Source: Lama guanicoe (lineage: Eukaryota). From it: a stretch of 64,000 nt of DNA. Numbering within the stretch: position 1 is the first letter of the stretch; each line of letters begins with the position of its first letter. Below are positions 38,976 through 50,880 of the stretch, piece after piece. A model generated the notes under the pieces. It searched no databases. It saw nothing but the letters and a program-made list of their open reading frames with translations, and was not told the origin of the DNA. Position numbers and translations under genes: made by a program. The stretch lies in assembly GCA_013239625.1 (NCBI GenBank), contig MU053365.1:1584115-1648114 (forward strand), read 5' to 3'.

Positions 38976-39427
38976 GCATATTTAAACGTAGAATTAGGAG
39001 GTCCTCTCTCACTTGCCAGAGTTTGGGCATGGTTACTCAGGCTCTTCGTTTTAGGTTCTCCAGCCAGAAAAATAATAGAGTTTCTATCAGAGTTTTAATT
39101 GCTTGTGCTGTGCTACTCCGGTACCATGGTCCATTCTCAGGGCAAGTCTGGGAAAAATTACGAAGGAAAACTCAGACTACTTGCTGCCTCTTCAAGTTTT
39201 GATTCCCTTCCATAATCTAGTTTTATCCTCTTCATAATCTTCTGATAGTATATTTTTTATTGTCCTGTGTTTTTTTTGGGGGGGAGGGTGGTATTTTGTA
39301 CAGTTAATATTTCTTATCAGCGGGAAGGTTAGTTTCTGGACAGATTAAATTGTCATATCAAAACTAGAGTCTGTTTAACAAGGTCTTTTACATACATTAA
39401 TGTTTAAGAAGCACTTCAAATATATCA

Positions 39428-39604
39428 AAAGTTCTTAACCTTGGTTTCACATAAAAAGCATCAGAGGAGATTTTTAAAAATTCTAATTCTTAGGGCACAC
39501 CCTAGATCAATTAAATTAAAATTTTGAGTTGAGGGATCTAATTATTGGTATATTTTAAATATTCCCATGGGATTCCAATATACCGTCAAGTTTGAGAGGC
39601 ACTG
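39428..39604. mobile_element. MER5-type hAT element
   Basis: 'gttcttaaccttgg...agatcaattaaatt...aagtttgagaggcactg'. Confidence 0.7.
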
Positions 39605-39647
39605 CCTTACAGTATCTTTACATATCAATTGCCTCAGGAGTTTTATG

Positions 39648-40184
39648 TGAAGGGGAGCAGTATTGTCACCCCAAAATATGCCTCATTGGCCTAAGGATTA
39701 TTTTTAAGAAATAGCAGACATAGGAGGAGTTTTGAAAACTGAGTAGATGTTATCCTTTCGTAAGAGATACTTGCATTTATAAGGGAAATCTCCATTTGTA
39801 AGGGTGTATCCCTCCCTATAATATAATATAAGAAGGAGGACTTTAAATCTCTAGAAACTCTTATCAATGCAGAAGACAAGGACTTAAATCTGCATCACAA
39901 CCTTACCCTTGTTTATTGTGTTCTTCCTGGTCACCTTCCATAACTGCTCCCCCGCAATGCTCCCAGCATGTTCTTTTGTCTTTAGCTGGAGATGGTATTT
40001 AAGGTGGTGACTTGGGGCCATTTCAGGGAGTTAACAGTTTTCTTGGGGCTCTCCCATGTATACAGGAGGGATATATGTTATTAAATTCTGTTTGTTTTTC
40101 TCCTGTTAATCTATCTCCTTATTACAGAAAGTCTCAGCCAAGAACCTAGAAAGGTAGAGGGAAAATTATCTTTTCTTCCCCATA
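39648..40184 (+). mobile_element. ERV1 solo LTR, MER34-like
   Basis: 'tgaaggggagcagtattgtcaccccaaaatatgcctc...cagccaagaacctagaaaggtagagggaaaatt'; aligns by eye to the inverted copy at 41820-42344. Confidence 0.9.
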
Positions 40185-40266
40185 ACAGTGTTCTATTTTA
40201 TGTTCAGAAGAAGTTATTTGAAAGTTAATTTGTATAGATGTGTGGAGAATGATTCTTAGTGTAGGA

Positions 40267-40460
40267 TAGTATTTCTCAAATACTATGTGGTCCAGTGACC
40301 ACTTGCATAAGAATCCCCCGTGCCTATAAAATCCAAATACTGGGATCTTATCCCAAACCAAAGCAACCAGAATCTTTGTGGGTAGAGCCCATGAAAGGAG
40401 ATTTTAAAAAGTTGTGCTAGCTAGGTAAATCATGTGTACACTAAAGTCTGAGTAATCAAG
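40267..40460. mobile_element. MER5-type hAT element
   Basis: 'tagtatttctcaaa...gaccacttgcataagaatc...cactaaagtctgag'. Confidence 0.65.
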
Positions 40461-40575
40461 GTTGTACTTTAGTGTAAAAGTAGATGAGCTTGAATTGTAT
40501 TTTTATATTGCATGAGATCTACCCTAAATTTTTATAACACTGAGCAAGATTTTTACTTCAATAATTACCTTGTAG

Positions 40576-40700
40576 ATTTGTTTTGCAGCAAGTTTTGAAT
40601 CGTGAGACCGTTCAGGCTGTTGGATTCGCCTGCATGTTAATAATGCAGTGGTTTATTCAGTGATTTGCTCATCTGTTTGGATGCTGAGGTCTTTTTATCT
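40576..40700 (+). other. Candidate stop-containing (non-coding or poison) exon
   Basis: Acceptor 'ccttgtAG' (alternative 'ttttgcAG' ending at 40588), donor TCT|gtaaga, three CpGs in about 30 nt, stops in all three frames. Confidence 0.2.
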
Positions 40701-40985
40701 GTAAGATTGTGCCAGCTGGTTCTGGCTAGGAATTATTACATCAAATGCTTTGTTTGTGTATAAATGTCATTATATTAATGATATTTAGTTGTGTTTATTA
40801 GCACTTCATGTTTTGTATGCAAACATGTTTTGCAGAATCACTAATATTTCAAATACTTCAAGTATAATTTGAGTACTTATTAATTTAAAATATGACACTT
40901 CAAATACAGAAAATATGTTTGCTTTTATTTTGACTCCCAGTACTGAGGCAAATGGTGACTTTTATCTTGAACTATTCATTTATCC

Positions 40986-41316
40986 TGTTGATCTGCAACA
41001 AATAGTCTATCAGTTATTTCTCCAGCGAAGTTGAGTTTGTTTGGGATCAGCAGACAATTGCAATTTGGGGTCTGCAACATGGAAAGCCACATGCAAATTC
41101 ACACATGACAAGAGAAGGAGAAGGCTTTTTTAAAGGGGAAAAAGAAGCTGGGAGGGCTGTGGTAGACAAAGAGTCCATGTCTTTTTGTTGGCTGAGTCCT
41201 TGCCTGGGAAGGAATCTTCTTCCTGTTGGGCTCTGCTATTATCACTGGACCAGAGAGCCCTGCTTCCAGCCTACCAGCTCTATTTAATTGATGTTTTTGT
41301 TTATTAATTTTTTATG
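40986..41316 (-). mobile_element. ERV-type solo LTR (same family as 63436-63768)
   Basis: Starts TG and aligns by eye with the 63436 copy, including an identical 34-nt block. Confidence 0.8.
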
Positions 41317-41819
41317 ATTAATTCCATGAGCTTATACTGAGCAAACATTAGGGATTACAAAGAAGAGGACAGATACAGATTATTCTTTCAAGGAAATTAT
41401 TGTCCGTTCCCCCAACCAGCTTTTAAGCTTCAGGAGGATAGAAACTATGTCATGGTCACCAGCACTTGCCACATTGCCTGATACAGTGAGAGTTATCAAG
41501 AAATAATTGTTGCACAGTGGATGAAAATAACATAGGTATAAATGATAGTGAGCATTTCTTGAATGCTGTGGTCTGTGCTTTAAGAAATGCACACATATTA
41601 ACCAAGGAAGGATAAAAAGTATTTCAGAGTTCAAGAGTCAGGAAAGATTTTGTGTAGAGATAAAATATGAACTGGACCTTGAAGGAAAAGGAGCCTCTTC
41701 TCAGGCACTCATTCATTTCTCCCTAAGGGAGGTAAGGTGACTTATCCTACTCATGAATTTGGAGAATCAAGAACAGGGCATATAAAGATTTCTCCCTCTC
41801 CCCTTACTATTATTGGTAG

Positions 41820-42344
41820 TGTGGGGGAGGAAAAATAATTTTCCCTCTACCCTTCTAGGTTCTTGGCTGAGATTCCCCTGTAATAAGACATTAATAGGAG
41901 AAACAAACAGAAGTTCAGTAACAAGTATACCTCCTATATATGGGAGAGACCCAGGAAAACCAAATAACCCCCACAAAGCCCAAGCCTCCACGTTAAATAC
42001 TAACTTCAGCTAAAGATAAAAGATGTTGGGGTGAGATGGGAAGTCAGTTACAGTAGGCTATAAAAAAACCCAATAAACAAGGATATGATTGTTATGCAGA
42101 TTTAAGTCCCTGCCTTCTCCATTGACAAGTTTCTAGAGATTTAGTCAACACTTCTTTCTAGTACAGAGAGGAAGACACTCTTACAAATGGATATTTCCCT
42201 TATAAATGTAAATGACTCTTATAAAAGGGTACTTGAACTCAGTTTTCAGAGCTTTTCTTGTATCTGCTGTTTCTTAAAAATAACCAGTTCAAGATAATAC
42301 TAATGCCAAAGAGGCATATTTTGGGATGACACTGCTCTCCTTCA
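41820..42344 (-). mobile_element. ERV1 solo LTR, MER34-like
   Basis: TG...CA with a perfect 4-bp TSD GTAG (41816-41819, 42345-42348). Confidence 0.92.
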
Positions 42345-42659
42345 GTAGTAAGGCTGATTACAGAGAGGGGAAATTATGTCATGTTTTTCCATACCACAAA
42401 TTTTACATGATGCCTTTTGTAAGAATAAGCCTATAATTGTTGACTGCTGCCTAAGACTGACTGGGGTAAGTCCGCCTAATTCTAGAGTAGAGTATTAGGA
42501 AGCCCATTGTTGTCAAACATCTAAGCTTCATTCTTCAATATTAGTATTATCAGGAATAAGGGGCTTCTTTGTTGTTCGTCTGTTGACTCTTTGTTCTCTT
42601 TCAATTATTGGTTCAGTTTTTGCACATGGGAAGGAGAAATGGTATACACTGGCACCCTA

Positions 42660-42890
42660 CAAACTATTACTATTTATCAATGTCTATTCTATGTCAAATA
42701 TTGTGCTAATTGATTCATGTATAGTTTTGCTAAGTCTTTATAACAATTCTACAGAGAGCACCAATGATCACTTTAGTTTTACATGTGAAGAAATTGAGTT
42801 CATAGGTGTTAGATCATTTGTCCAAGGTCATACATCCATATAAGTGATGAACCTGGGGCTAAAACCAAAATCTGTCTGGTTCTGTTATAT
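42660..42890 (-). mobile_element. MIR SINE
   Basis: 'ttttacatgtgaagaaattgag...atttgtccaaggtcatac'. Confidence 0.8.
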
Positions 42891-43269
42891 TATGCAGACC
42901 AGGGGTAGAAGTGAAATGGAACAGTTGATCACAGGCAGAGGTTCAGAAAAGTGGGAGGAAATCAAATATGGAGTAAATATTTCAATTTTATTGATGTAAA
43001 GGATCTGAAAAGGTAGGCTATGGACACATGATTGAGTTCTAGACGTAATGTTCATATAATTGTACCTAAAACACTAATAGTAAAAAACAAAAGAGAAATA
43101 AAAGAAAAATGTTTAGCACCATACTTGGAAAGTTTTGAGTTAGAGTTCCTGCTATTAGATGAAGGATGTAGAATGGATGGATTACTGATATCATGGCATA
43201 GGGAGTAATTATAGTGTAAATTATTTCAGAATAGGAGCTGACTTTTCCATTTAGCTTTCAAATTGGAAG

Positions 43270-43640
43270 ATGTTATCTTTCCTGATAAAGGAAAGAGAGG
43301 TCTATGAAACTTCTCCCACAGCAGCGGCAGAAGATGATTTATAGTAAGATGTATCTAGACTTCATGAAATGTTTTGCAGAATTGGAAGAAAATTCATTTG
43401 TACATTGGCATGATAGTGAGGAATTTCTCAGAACTTTGAAATAAATTTTCCTCTGAGAGTTAAGCTAGGTAAGTTTCATGTGATATAATGATGAAAAATG
43501 TATTTTTGGATGAATCAGTGATAGTGACGTATCAAAAGATAATGATTTAAAAATAAAAGTGCAAGGGAATAAATTCAGGACTAGCATGGAAACATTTCTA
43601 TGTCCATTTTGGCCAAGGATTTTGCCCGCATTCAAGAGTG
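43270..43640 (+). mobile_element. Possible L3/CR1 relic
   Basis: 'gatgtatctagacttcatgaaatgttttg' resembles the CR1 RT motif YLDFSKAFD; very decayed. Confidence 0.4.
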
Positions 43641-44589
43641 GAGAGCTTGGTATCGAAGAGCAGAAATCATATCTTACCTTGATTCTGATCATCACATTAA
43701 GCCTCTTGATCAGGAATGAATTCATTCTTTTCAACTAATCTTTGTTATTGTCTTTATCATCTCCCAAAAGGAAAACAAACAAATGACGATAGTAAACTTC
43801 AAATATGGCTGTAAAAGAGAAACCTGAATTGGGTGGGTATAACAAACAATAAGAAATGCTATCTTGCTACCAAGCATGGACAGACCAAGCCAGCTGAACA
43901 ACTCCAGACTGGCAATGCAACAGGACTTCTTCACAGCAATTTACTTCAAAATGTCTTATAATGGCTTCGGCTTTACAGAATATAATTGTCATCATAATTA
44001 TAATTTATGGATTTAAACTTGAGTATTTTTAAAGCATTATCACATGCATTATCTCATTTTATAAAGAAAGTGGCTTATTGTTCAAAGTTTTAATCATTAA
44101 TAACATGAACACTAATGCTATTTATATAGAACAGTTTCAATCTGACTATGGCAATTCTTTATTTTAATAAATCTTCAGGTTATATACAGACATTCTAAAA
44201 CTAGGTCAAGAAGAGGCATTGGTGCCCTTTTTAGAGGAATGTAAACACATTTAATCCTTTTTTTCTGTTACTTTAGTCACTGAATATAATAAATACAAAA
44301 TACATCCAATTACAGCACAATGGGATTAAATCCAGAAAGTTGCTGTGGTGCAGGATTTAACATACCAACTCTATTAACTTTCAATTTCAAAAATATAATC
44401 TATAATACCTGAAAGGAATGTTAGCCATAGTAACTGATGAAACATATTATGAGGAAATTATATTTTTATGAAGGCATTATATTTATAAGGTTCTATATTT
44501 TATATACAATACTAAAAATATCTTAATGATTTCACTTGTAAGAAAAAATATAATTTAGTAAAATAATAACTGAAAAGATTTGAATTAAC

Positions 44590-44830
44590 ATATGGAAATG
44601 TCACTGAGAGACTGAGACTCCACCATATTTCAAAAGTTTCTATTGACTTCAGCAACATGAAGGCCATCAGCAGTAGCATGATGGGGCAGAAATAGGACTG
44701 AAAGGATTGAGGGATGAATGGAAAGTAAAAACGAAGAGGCAGCCATTGTAAACAGATTTTGAAAAGTCGTCAATAAATGAAAAGGGAGAGGTAGGGTGCT
44801 GGCTAGAGAAACTAAATCAATGAGGGAGGT
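44590..44830 (-). mobile_element. LINE2 fragment
   Basis: 'ttcagcaacatgaaggccatc...ggattgagggatgaatggaaag'. Confidence 0.65.
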
Positions 44831-45199
44831 TTTCTTGTTTTTTATTCTTTATTTTTAACGCATTAGAAACTGGAATGTGTTTTCATGTATTTGGGAAGAT
44901 GAAGTTCTATCCCAATGTGTTTGTCTGTTCATAACTTGATACAAATTAGATTTTTCCCCCCAGTTTCTGGTGATTATTAATAACTGTTATAAATATTTGC
45001 AGATATGACTTTGTATGGGAATAGAACAAGAGATGCTCTTCTTATCTGTATTTCACTAGGTTTTTTTTGAAAAAAAATGCCTCTCAGAATACTGCAAGCC
45101 TTTCTTTAATTTCTAGGGTTTGGAAATTGGTGATTCTGGCACTTTTTGCCAGGTTTTTCATTGTTTTTATGGAGAAAATAATTTTTGAAGGTTTTTTTC

Positions 45200-47200
45200 C
45201 TACTATTTTTGCTGATAACCTTAGCCTTCTTTAAATGTGTTTTCTGCCCCCTAGCTTTCTCCATTTACAATTACATCTGTTAGACTGTTACATGTTCTGT
45301 ACATCTCTGAGGCACTTTGTGTTTTTATGGTATTCTTTCTGTCTTCTTTAGATTTAGTTTCTATTGTCATGTCTTCAGTTTCAGTTACTTCTTTTTCTGC
45401 AGTGTTTTAGCTGTTATTACATCCAGGCAATAAATTTTTCCTTTCAAATGTTGTATTTTGACTCTCTAAGAATTTAATTTTCTTTCTTTATTTTAATAAT
45501 AATGTATTAATTTAATATCAATTATATTAAATTAGTTTATGCCTTACTTTTAACTATTTGTACATTGCTGTAACAACTGTTTTAATCCATCTTTCTGCTT
45601 TTTAAAATCATCTCTGTCATATTTGACTCTGTTACTAATGACTTGTTTTTCTACCAGGAGTGAGTATATTTTTCTGCTTCTTTTTATTGTATATAAGACA
45701 TTGTCATTTTGCACGGTTAAGTGTGTAGATTTTGATATCTTCCTAAAAAAGTGTTAGTATTTTTTATTTTTTTGGCAGTGATTTAGGTTACTTGCAGACC
45801 TGCTTGACCCTTCTGAAGCTGGTATTTAGATTTTCTTACACCATGTTTAGAATGAATTTTACTTTAGGGCTATTTCAGACTTACTCCCAAAGCATAAGTC
45901 CATCTGGGATCTCTACTTAATGCTCTGGATGTTCGACCCAGTCTCTTCATCTGGCTGGTTAGAACTCAGAAGTCTCCATGTCCTATGTGAACTCTAGGAA
46001 TTGTTAAGCTTACAATATCCAGGATGTATTACTTGATCTCTTGGAGTTTCATGCTATACATGCAGAGCTTGATATTTACCCCAAATCTTAAGGAGAACTC
46101 TATGCAGAAATCTTCAATTCTTTCTGCATATTTCTTGTCTCTCTAGTTGTCTACTCTGTCATTTATAGATGGTTCATCCTCCCCAAACTCTGACCTTTGC
46201 TTCCTTAAGTCAGCAAGACCACTATTTTAGCTTTATTTTTCCATCCCTGTTCTGTGGTCCAGAATTGCCTCCAGGTATACAACTGTGGTGATTTTTGTAC
46301 TTAGTTCATTTGTTTTCCTTATTTTGGAGATCACAGTCCGAAACTGATTGTTGTCCCCTGTCTGGAAATAGCTGTGTCATGCATTCTGCCCAGTTTTTTA
46401 GTTTCAGAGCAGGAGAGGAAGTCTAGTATCAGTTAATCTGTCATGGCAAGTAGAGAATAGAGCCCTCTTTGTAATTGACTTGTTACGTCTTCCTGAATGC
46501 CCACATGTATCTTTCTTTATCCTTGAAATTCAGTAACTTCTTCCAGATAGGTTCTCATGCTGAATGTTCTGTACCATTTTTCCCTGAGATACAGTATATC
46601 CTTTTTGTCTGGGTATTTAGGCCTCTTTTAGCCTTGATGTGTGTGTCTTGCTTCATTCTTCAGGAATACGAGTTCTGTGTGAGCTGGAAATCTTTTGTCC
46701 GGTTGTCAGGTATTGCTTTTAATATTTTATAATCCTTTTTGCCTTGTGCTTTTACTTAGTGCAATTTATTCATACTTTCCCATTAAGCCTCGGTATATTT
46801 TCAATGAAGTTTGTATACAATTATGTTGTTTCTAATATGATCTTGCATTTATACTGTTTAGAATTTTCTTTCCCACTTATTTTCTAGGTTCTACTGGCTT
46901 TTCATCTTCATCATTGTATACACTAAGTTTTGAACTTTCTTCTTATTAGAGATCTTTTTTGTTATCTACCTCATGCTATGTTTAATTTTCTTTTGAGACT
47001 TTGAAGAAATAATTGTCTGAACCTGCCTTCTCATTCCTTGGATAACTTTCCCTGTGACGTGTTATTTTCTGGCCTTTTGCTTGCAAAATTCTTCCTTTTA
47101 ATTAAAAATAACATTTTTCTCAATTACTTTGGCTAACTTAATGTTTATTTCTTTGGTATTATTATTCACCTTTTGTCTAGTTGCATGTCTTTTCTCAGTT
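45200..47200 (-). mobile_element. Old L1ME 5'/ORF1 and HAL1-like relics
   Basis: T-rich antisense tracts 'tgtcttcagtttcag...tctgcagtg' and 'tttatccttgaaattcagtaac'. Confidence 0.55.
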
Positions 47201-48039
47201 ACCGGCATTCAAGTGATTGGTCATTGACAGCAAATCCTTTAAGCTGTGGGCTCTCTTGTTGTGTGCTATAATGATTATTGTTTCCTTTCTGTCATTTATT
47301 CTGTTTCCCCTCTGGCAGTCCCAGCTGGATATAAGGTTAGATCAGAAGTAAACATGTTTCTTCTTCAAGTTCATATATCATGCCATTCTGCAGTTTTGCA
47401 GAGATATTCCCTGTTGCTCCAGTTGTCTGTCCATCTTTCTAAACCTAATTACTCAAAAGGATTATTGAATATAATGCTAAGGCTAGCAATAATTATTTTG
47501 CACAAGCTGTGAATCCTTCTCAAGGTGTAAACAGGTGTGTACTTTATGTCTGAATGTTCTCTCTTGTTTTGCATCGTATTTCATAGTGTTTCATGGACTT
47601 GTTTCAAGAGTTGTGTATTGATGTTGTGGTCATTTCCTCATGGTTTTGAGGACAGATCTACCCCCCTCTGCATACACACACTCTGCTTTCTTCTTTCTGT
47701 GCTCTTGGTGGGCTTTGAGAGAGGGAAATAGAACAGTAAGGCAACACTGCTCTTCAGTTTTTAACTGGAGAATTTGTATTAACTTAAGTAGAGTTTCTAG
47801 TAGAATAAATAGCTTATTATTTAGGGAGGAGAAATTGTTGTGTTTTGTAGAAGAAATACAATATACTTTTGTACTATTCCACCACTAAAACATTAACCAA
47901 AAATATTTATGTAGAGGATTTTCAAGAGTTTGGTTTCAACACCAATAGCCAAAGAATTTTGCTGGCAAAAGTCCCCTCCCTTCCCCATGGGGCTTTGTTT
48001 GGCTGAAGGGAATTAATTAGATGTCCCATAATCTCTTGC

Positions 48040-48185
48040 TACTCATGTGATCCTTGGATCAAAAGCATAGACTTCCCTGGGTAGAATGTAAAAAATACAT
48101 AATCTCAGACCTCCTGCATCAGAATTTGCATTTTAACAAAATCCTGAGGTGATTCCTGTGCACATTAAAGTGTGAAAAACACTAT
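48040..48185. mobile_element. MER5A hAT element
   Basis: 'cagaatttgcattttaacaaaatcctgaggtgattcctgtgcacattaaagtgtgaaaaacact'. Confidence 0.85.
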
Positions 48186-48305
48186 TACCAAAAGTGTTCC
48201 CAAATCATAGAAAAAGTTTTGTACACGATTTCAGGCCCAGTAGAGATCTGTGCCTCCACATTTCTTCCTTCTATACCCATAATGTAAGTAATTGTCGCCA
48301 AGAAC

Positions 48306-48467
48306 CAGTGGTATGGTGGTGACTTCCTGAAAAAAAGAAATGTCCTGATTCCTACAGTTTCCCAGTTTCCTGGATGTGAATGCTCCCACCATGGCTGACT
48401 TCAAGCTCACAACATGACGTCACTGGATGTGGAATTGGGGAGAGTTGTGAATAATCTATCACCACTG
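48306..48467. mobile_element. MER63 (hAT-Blackjack) element
   Basis: Terminal inverted repeats cagtggt / accactg; internal 'ctcccaccatggctgacttcaagct'. Degenerate 8-bp TSD ccaagaac / ctgagaat. Confidence 0.8.
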
Positions 48468-49529
48468 CTGAGAATCTATTTATTGCTGTTGCTACTGTAT
48501 AAACACAAGCTCTCTTACCAAGTTCCATGACGTTCGAGACTTTTTGGATGTGCTTCTTTTGCTAAATGTGTACCTTGGTTAAATGAAATAAGATGAAATA
48601 TTAGGGTAAAATTGAAACTTAGAAAACTCGTTTTACCTCTCCTCATCCTTTTGTTTTATAATTCTAAGTCTTCATATGTCTAGATTTTTTTGCATTGAGT
48701 ACTTAATAGATAATATTTTGGTCTTCCAAATAATTTTTTTCCAATGTGTTTTAATTTTTTATTACTTTATAAATCATTTGAATACTCTTATTGGACAGTG
48801 TGGGTATTTTACCAAAAGAAAAAAAAAGAAGCTAACTTGGACAAGGTCACAAAACAAACACAGAGATAAAACAAATGGGAAACCATAACTCCAGTTTTCT
48901 TGCACCCCAGTCATGAGAGTAGTTTGTGTCAAAAACATTTTATGTACAGAGTGATGATGGAGTTTCTCAGAAACTGTAGTTTAACTCCTTACAGATCTGA
49001 AATTTCTGGGCATTTTGAAAGGGATTAAATGGCAAGTAACATTATGCATTATTAGATCTGATTGAGAGAGATTTAGATGACCAAGCTTATCACTGACTTC
49101 TTTGCTTTCCTTATTTGCCTAAGATTGATCCATGAACATCAATTTGGTATTTTTCCCTTTCATAGTTATCAGCAACATCATCCAATATGCATATGATGAA
49201 AGAGGCAGAGAGGTTAAATAAATTGCTGAATTATATGTAGATATTTAGTAAATTGCAGAGCCAGGTTCAAGCCTAGTTCCACCTGAGTCCCAAACCGTTG
49301 TTTTTCTTTATTGTATTATACTTTATATGTTTATTTCCTTTGTTTATTATATAGCATATGAACTTTTTACTCTAGGAATTTTATAGTTTAACTACCCATA
49401 CTCACTCTTGGGGAAGCTGGTCAAATAGCAACCATGTGCATATAGTTCAGACATATATTAATAAGATTGTTCCAATCTTTTTATTTGTAAAATGTTCTCA
49501 GCTACCCACAATTACAAAAACATTTTACA

Positions 49530-49770
49530 TCTAGAATAGATAAATTCATGGAAACAGAAAATAGATTACAGGTTTCCAGTGGCTGTTTGGAGGGAAAAAT
49601 GAATTATTGCTTAATAATTACAGAGTTTCTGTTTGGGGTGATGAAAAAGTTTTGAAAATAAATAGTAATAATGGTTATATAATGTAATTAATGCCACTGA
49701 CAGTACACTTAAAGTGGTTAAAATGGTAAATTTTATGTTGTACATACTTTACCACAAATTTTTTTTAAAA
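49530..49770 (+). mobile_element. L1MB-type 3' end
   Basis: 'cagagtttctgtttggggtgatgaaaaagttttg...ggttaaaatggtaaattttatg'. Confidence 0.9.
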
Positions 49771-50599
49771 CCTGTTAAAACAGATACAAAGCGTCAAAAA
49801 TACAACAATTCACATGGTCATCATGGTGCCTGCATTTGTGGAGAATAATCTTCTTTGGAAATGCTCCAAATTACTTTTTCATAGCCTAGAGATTCTAAGG
49901 AAGTTCTTTTTTTTTAATTTTAACAAACACTTCTAATCCTGATAAGAATTTCTAAGAATTTCTCTATTTGAATGGACTTTTTTTTATAATTAAATAGAAA
50001 TTACATTAATTTACAGTGAGAGTATTAACCATAAAGTGGCAGGGGGGGCTTTTGACTAATATTAATCAATGTGTTCATTTTTCACCAAAGCTAAATTATT
50101 ACCAGAATTTGGGGGTTGGTAGGATCATAATGAGAAGAGGCACCGTGTTTCAGTCGCAGTTACTTTGTGGCTCTTTCCTGAGACCTCATACTTTCACTTA
50201 CATAGACATTTTTGCAATCCTCCAGTGATGGTCCATCTTTTCTATCATGTATGCAGTTTATTAGTTTGACTCCTAATTTTCAGATTTAAACATTATTGTC
50301 TGAAGACTTTCATGATTTCTACAATCTGTGTTTGGCATTTCTCATTATTTTATGTCCCCAAAGTTCCCTGTAACTCTCCATTGTAGGACCTAGCTGACTT
50401 ATTTATATCTATTGGTAATTGTCTGTCTAATATCTGCACTCCTTGAAGTCTTCCATGTCTTCCATAAGGATAAGGATAGAACTTTGTTCACTATTGTATT
50501 CCTTTAGTTTTCATTTTTACTGGCCATTATTCTCTTCATCCAGAAAGACATCTTATTTTTTCTTTCAGGGCTATGCCATACCTAGCTTGCGTTTATCTT

Positions 50600-50880
50600 G
50601 TCATCCATGTTTCAGCTCCACAATATCCACAGAGTTTTTCCTGACTATTCCAAATAGATCCCCATCCAACTCACTACTGGGGCACCCTCTATTTCATTTA
50701 ATTAACTTATTGTGACTTTTATTTCTGTGTTAATCTATTTCTGCATTTTTTTATTGTCTGTCTCTCTCAAGTGATGGTACACTCGGTGACAGAAGAGATC
50801 ATACATGTTTTATTATCCATTGCATTTATAACACCTGGCCTGGGACTAACAACACAGTTGACACTGAATAAACATGTATT
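50600..50880 (+). mobile_element. LINE2 3' relic
   Basis: 'ttattgtctgtctctctc...acacctggcc...ctgaataaacat'. Confidence 0.6.

Larger units (their letters stand above)
34045..39380 (-). mobile_element. Old L1M (ORF2 5' half, ORF1 and 5' region) broken by four younger insertions
   Basis: ORF 34936-35127 (KHFELNDNKNNTHQTFWNTAK) is an ORF2 relic; antisense ORF1-like 'ctgatgagaagtc' and 'ttggaaaatttcagccattattt'. Confidence 0.8.

Noticed and set aside
48945..49005. C-box/D-box pair suggesting a snoRNA (similar pair at about 26289-26339)
   Set aside because: Too short, no terminal stem and no recognisable rRNA-complementary guide.
14010..49960. Scattered TTCNNNGAA (STAT) and TGASTCA (AP-1) motifs
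   Set aside because: Many are expected by chance in 64 kb of AT-rich DNA; only the copy inside the MER41-like LTR has supporting context.
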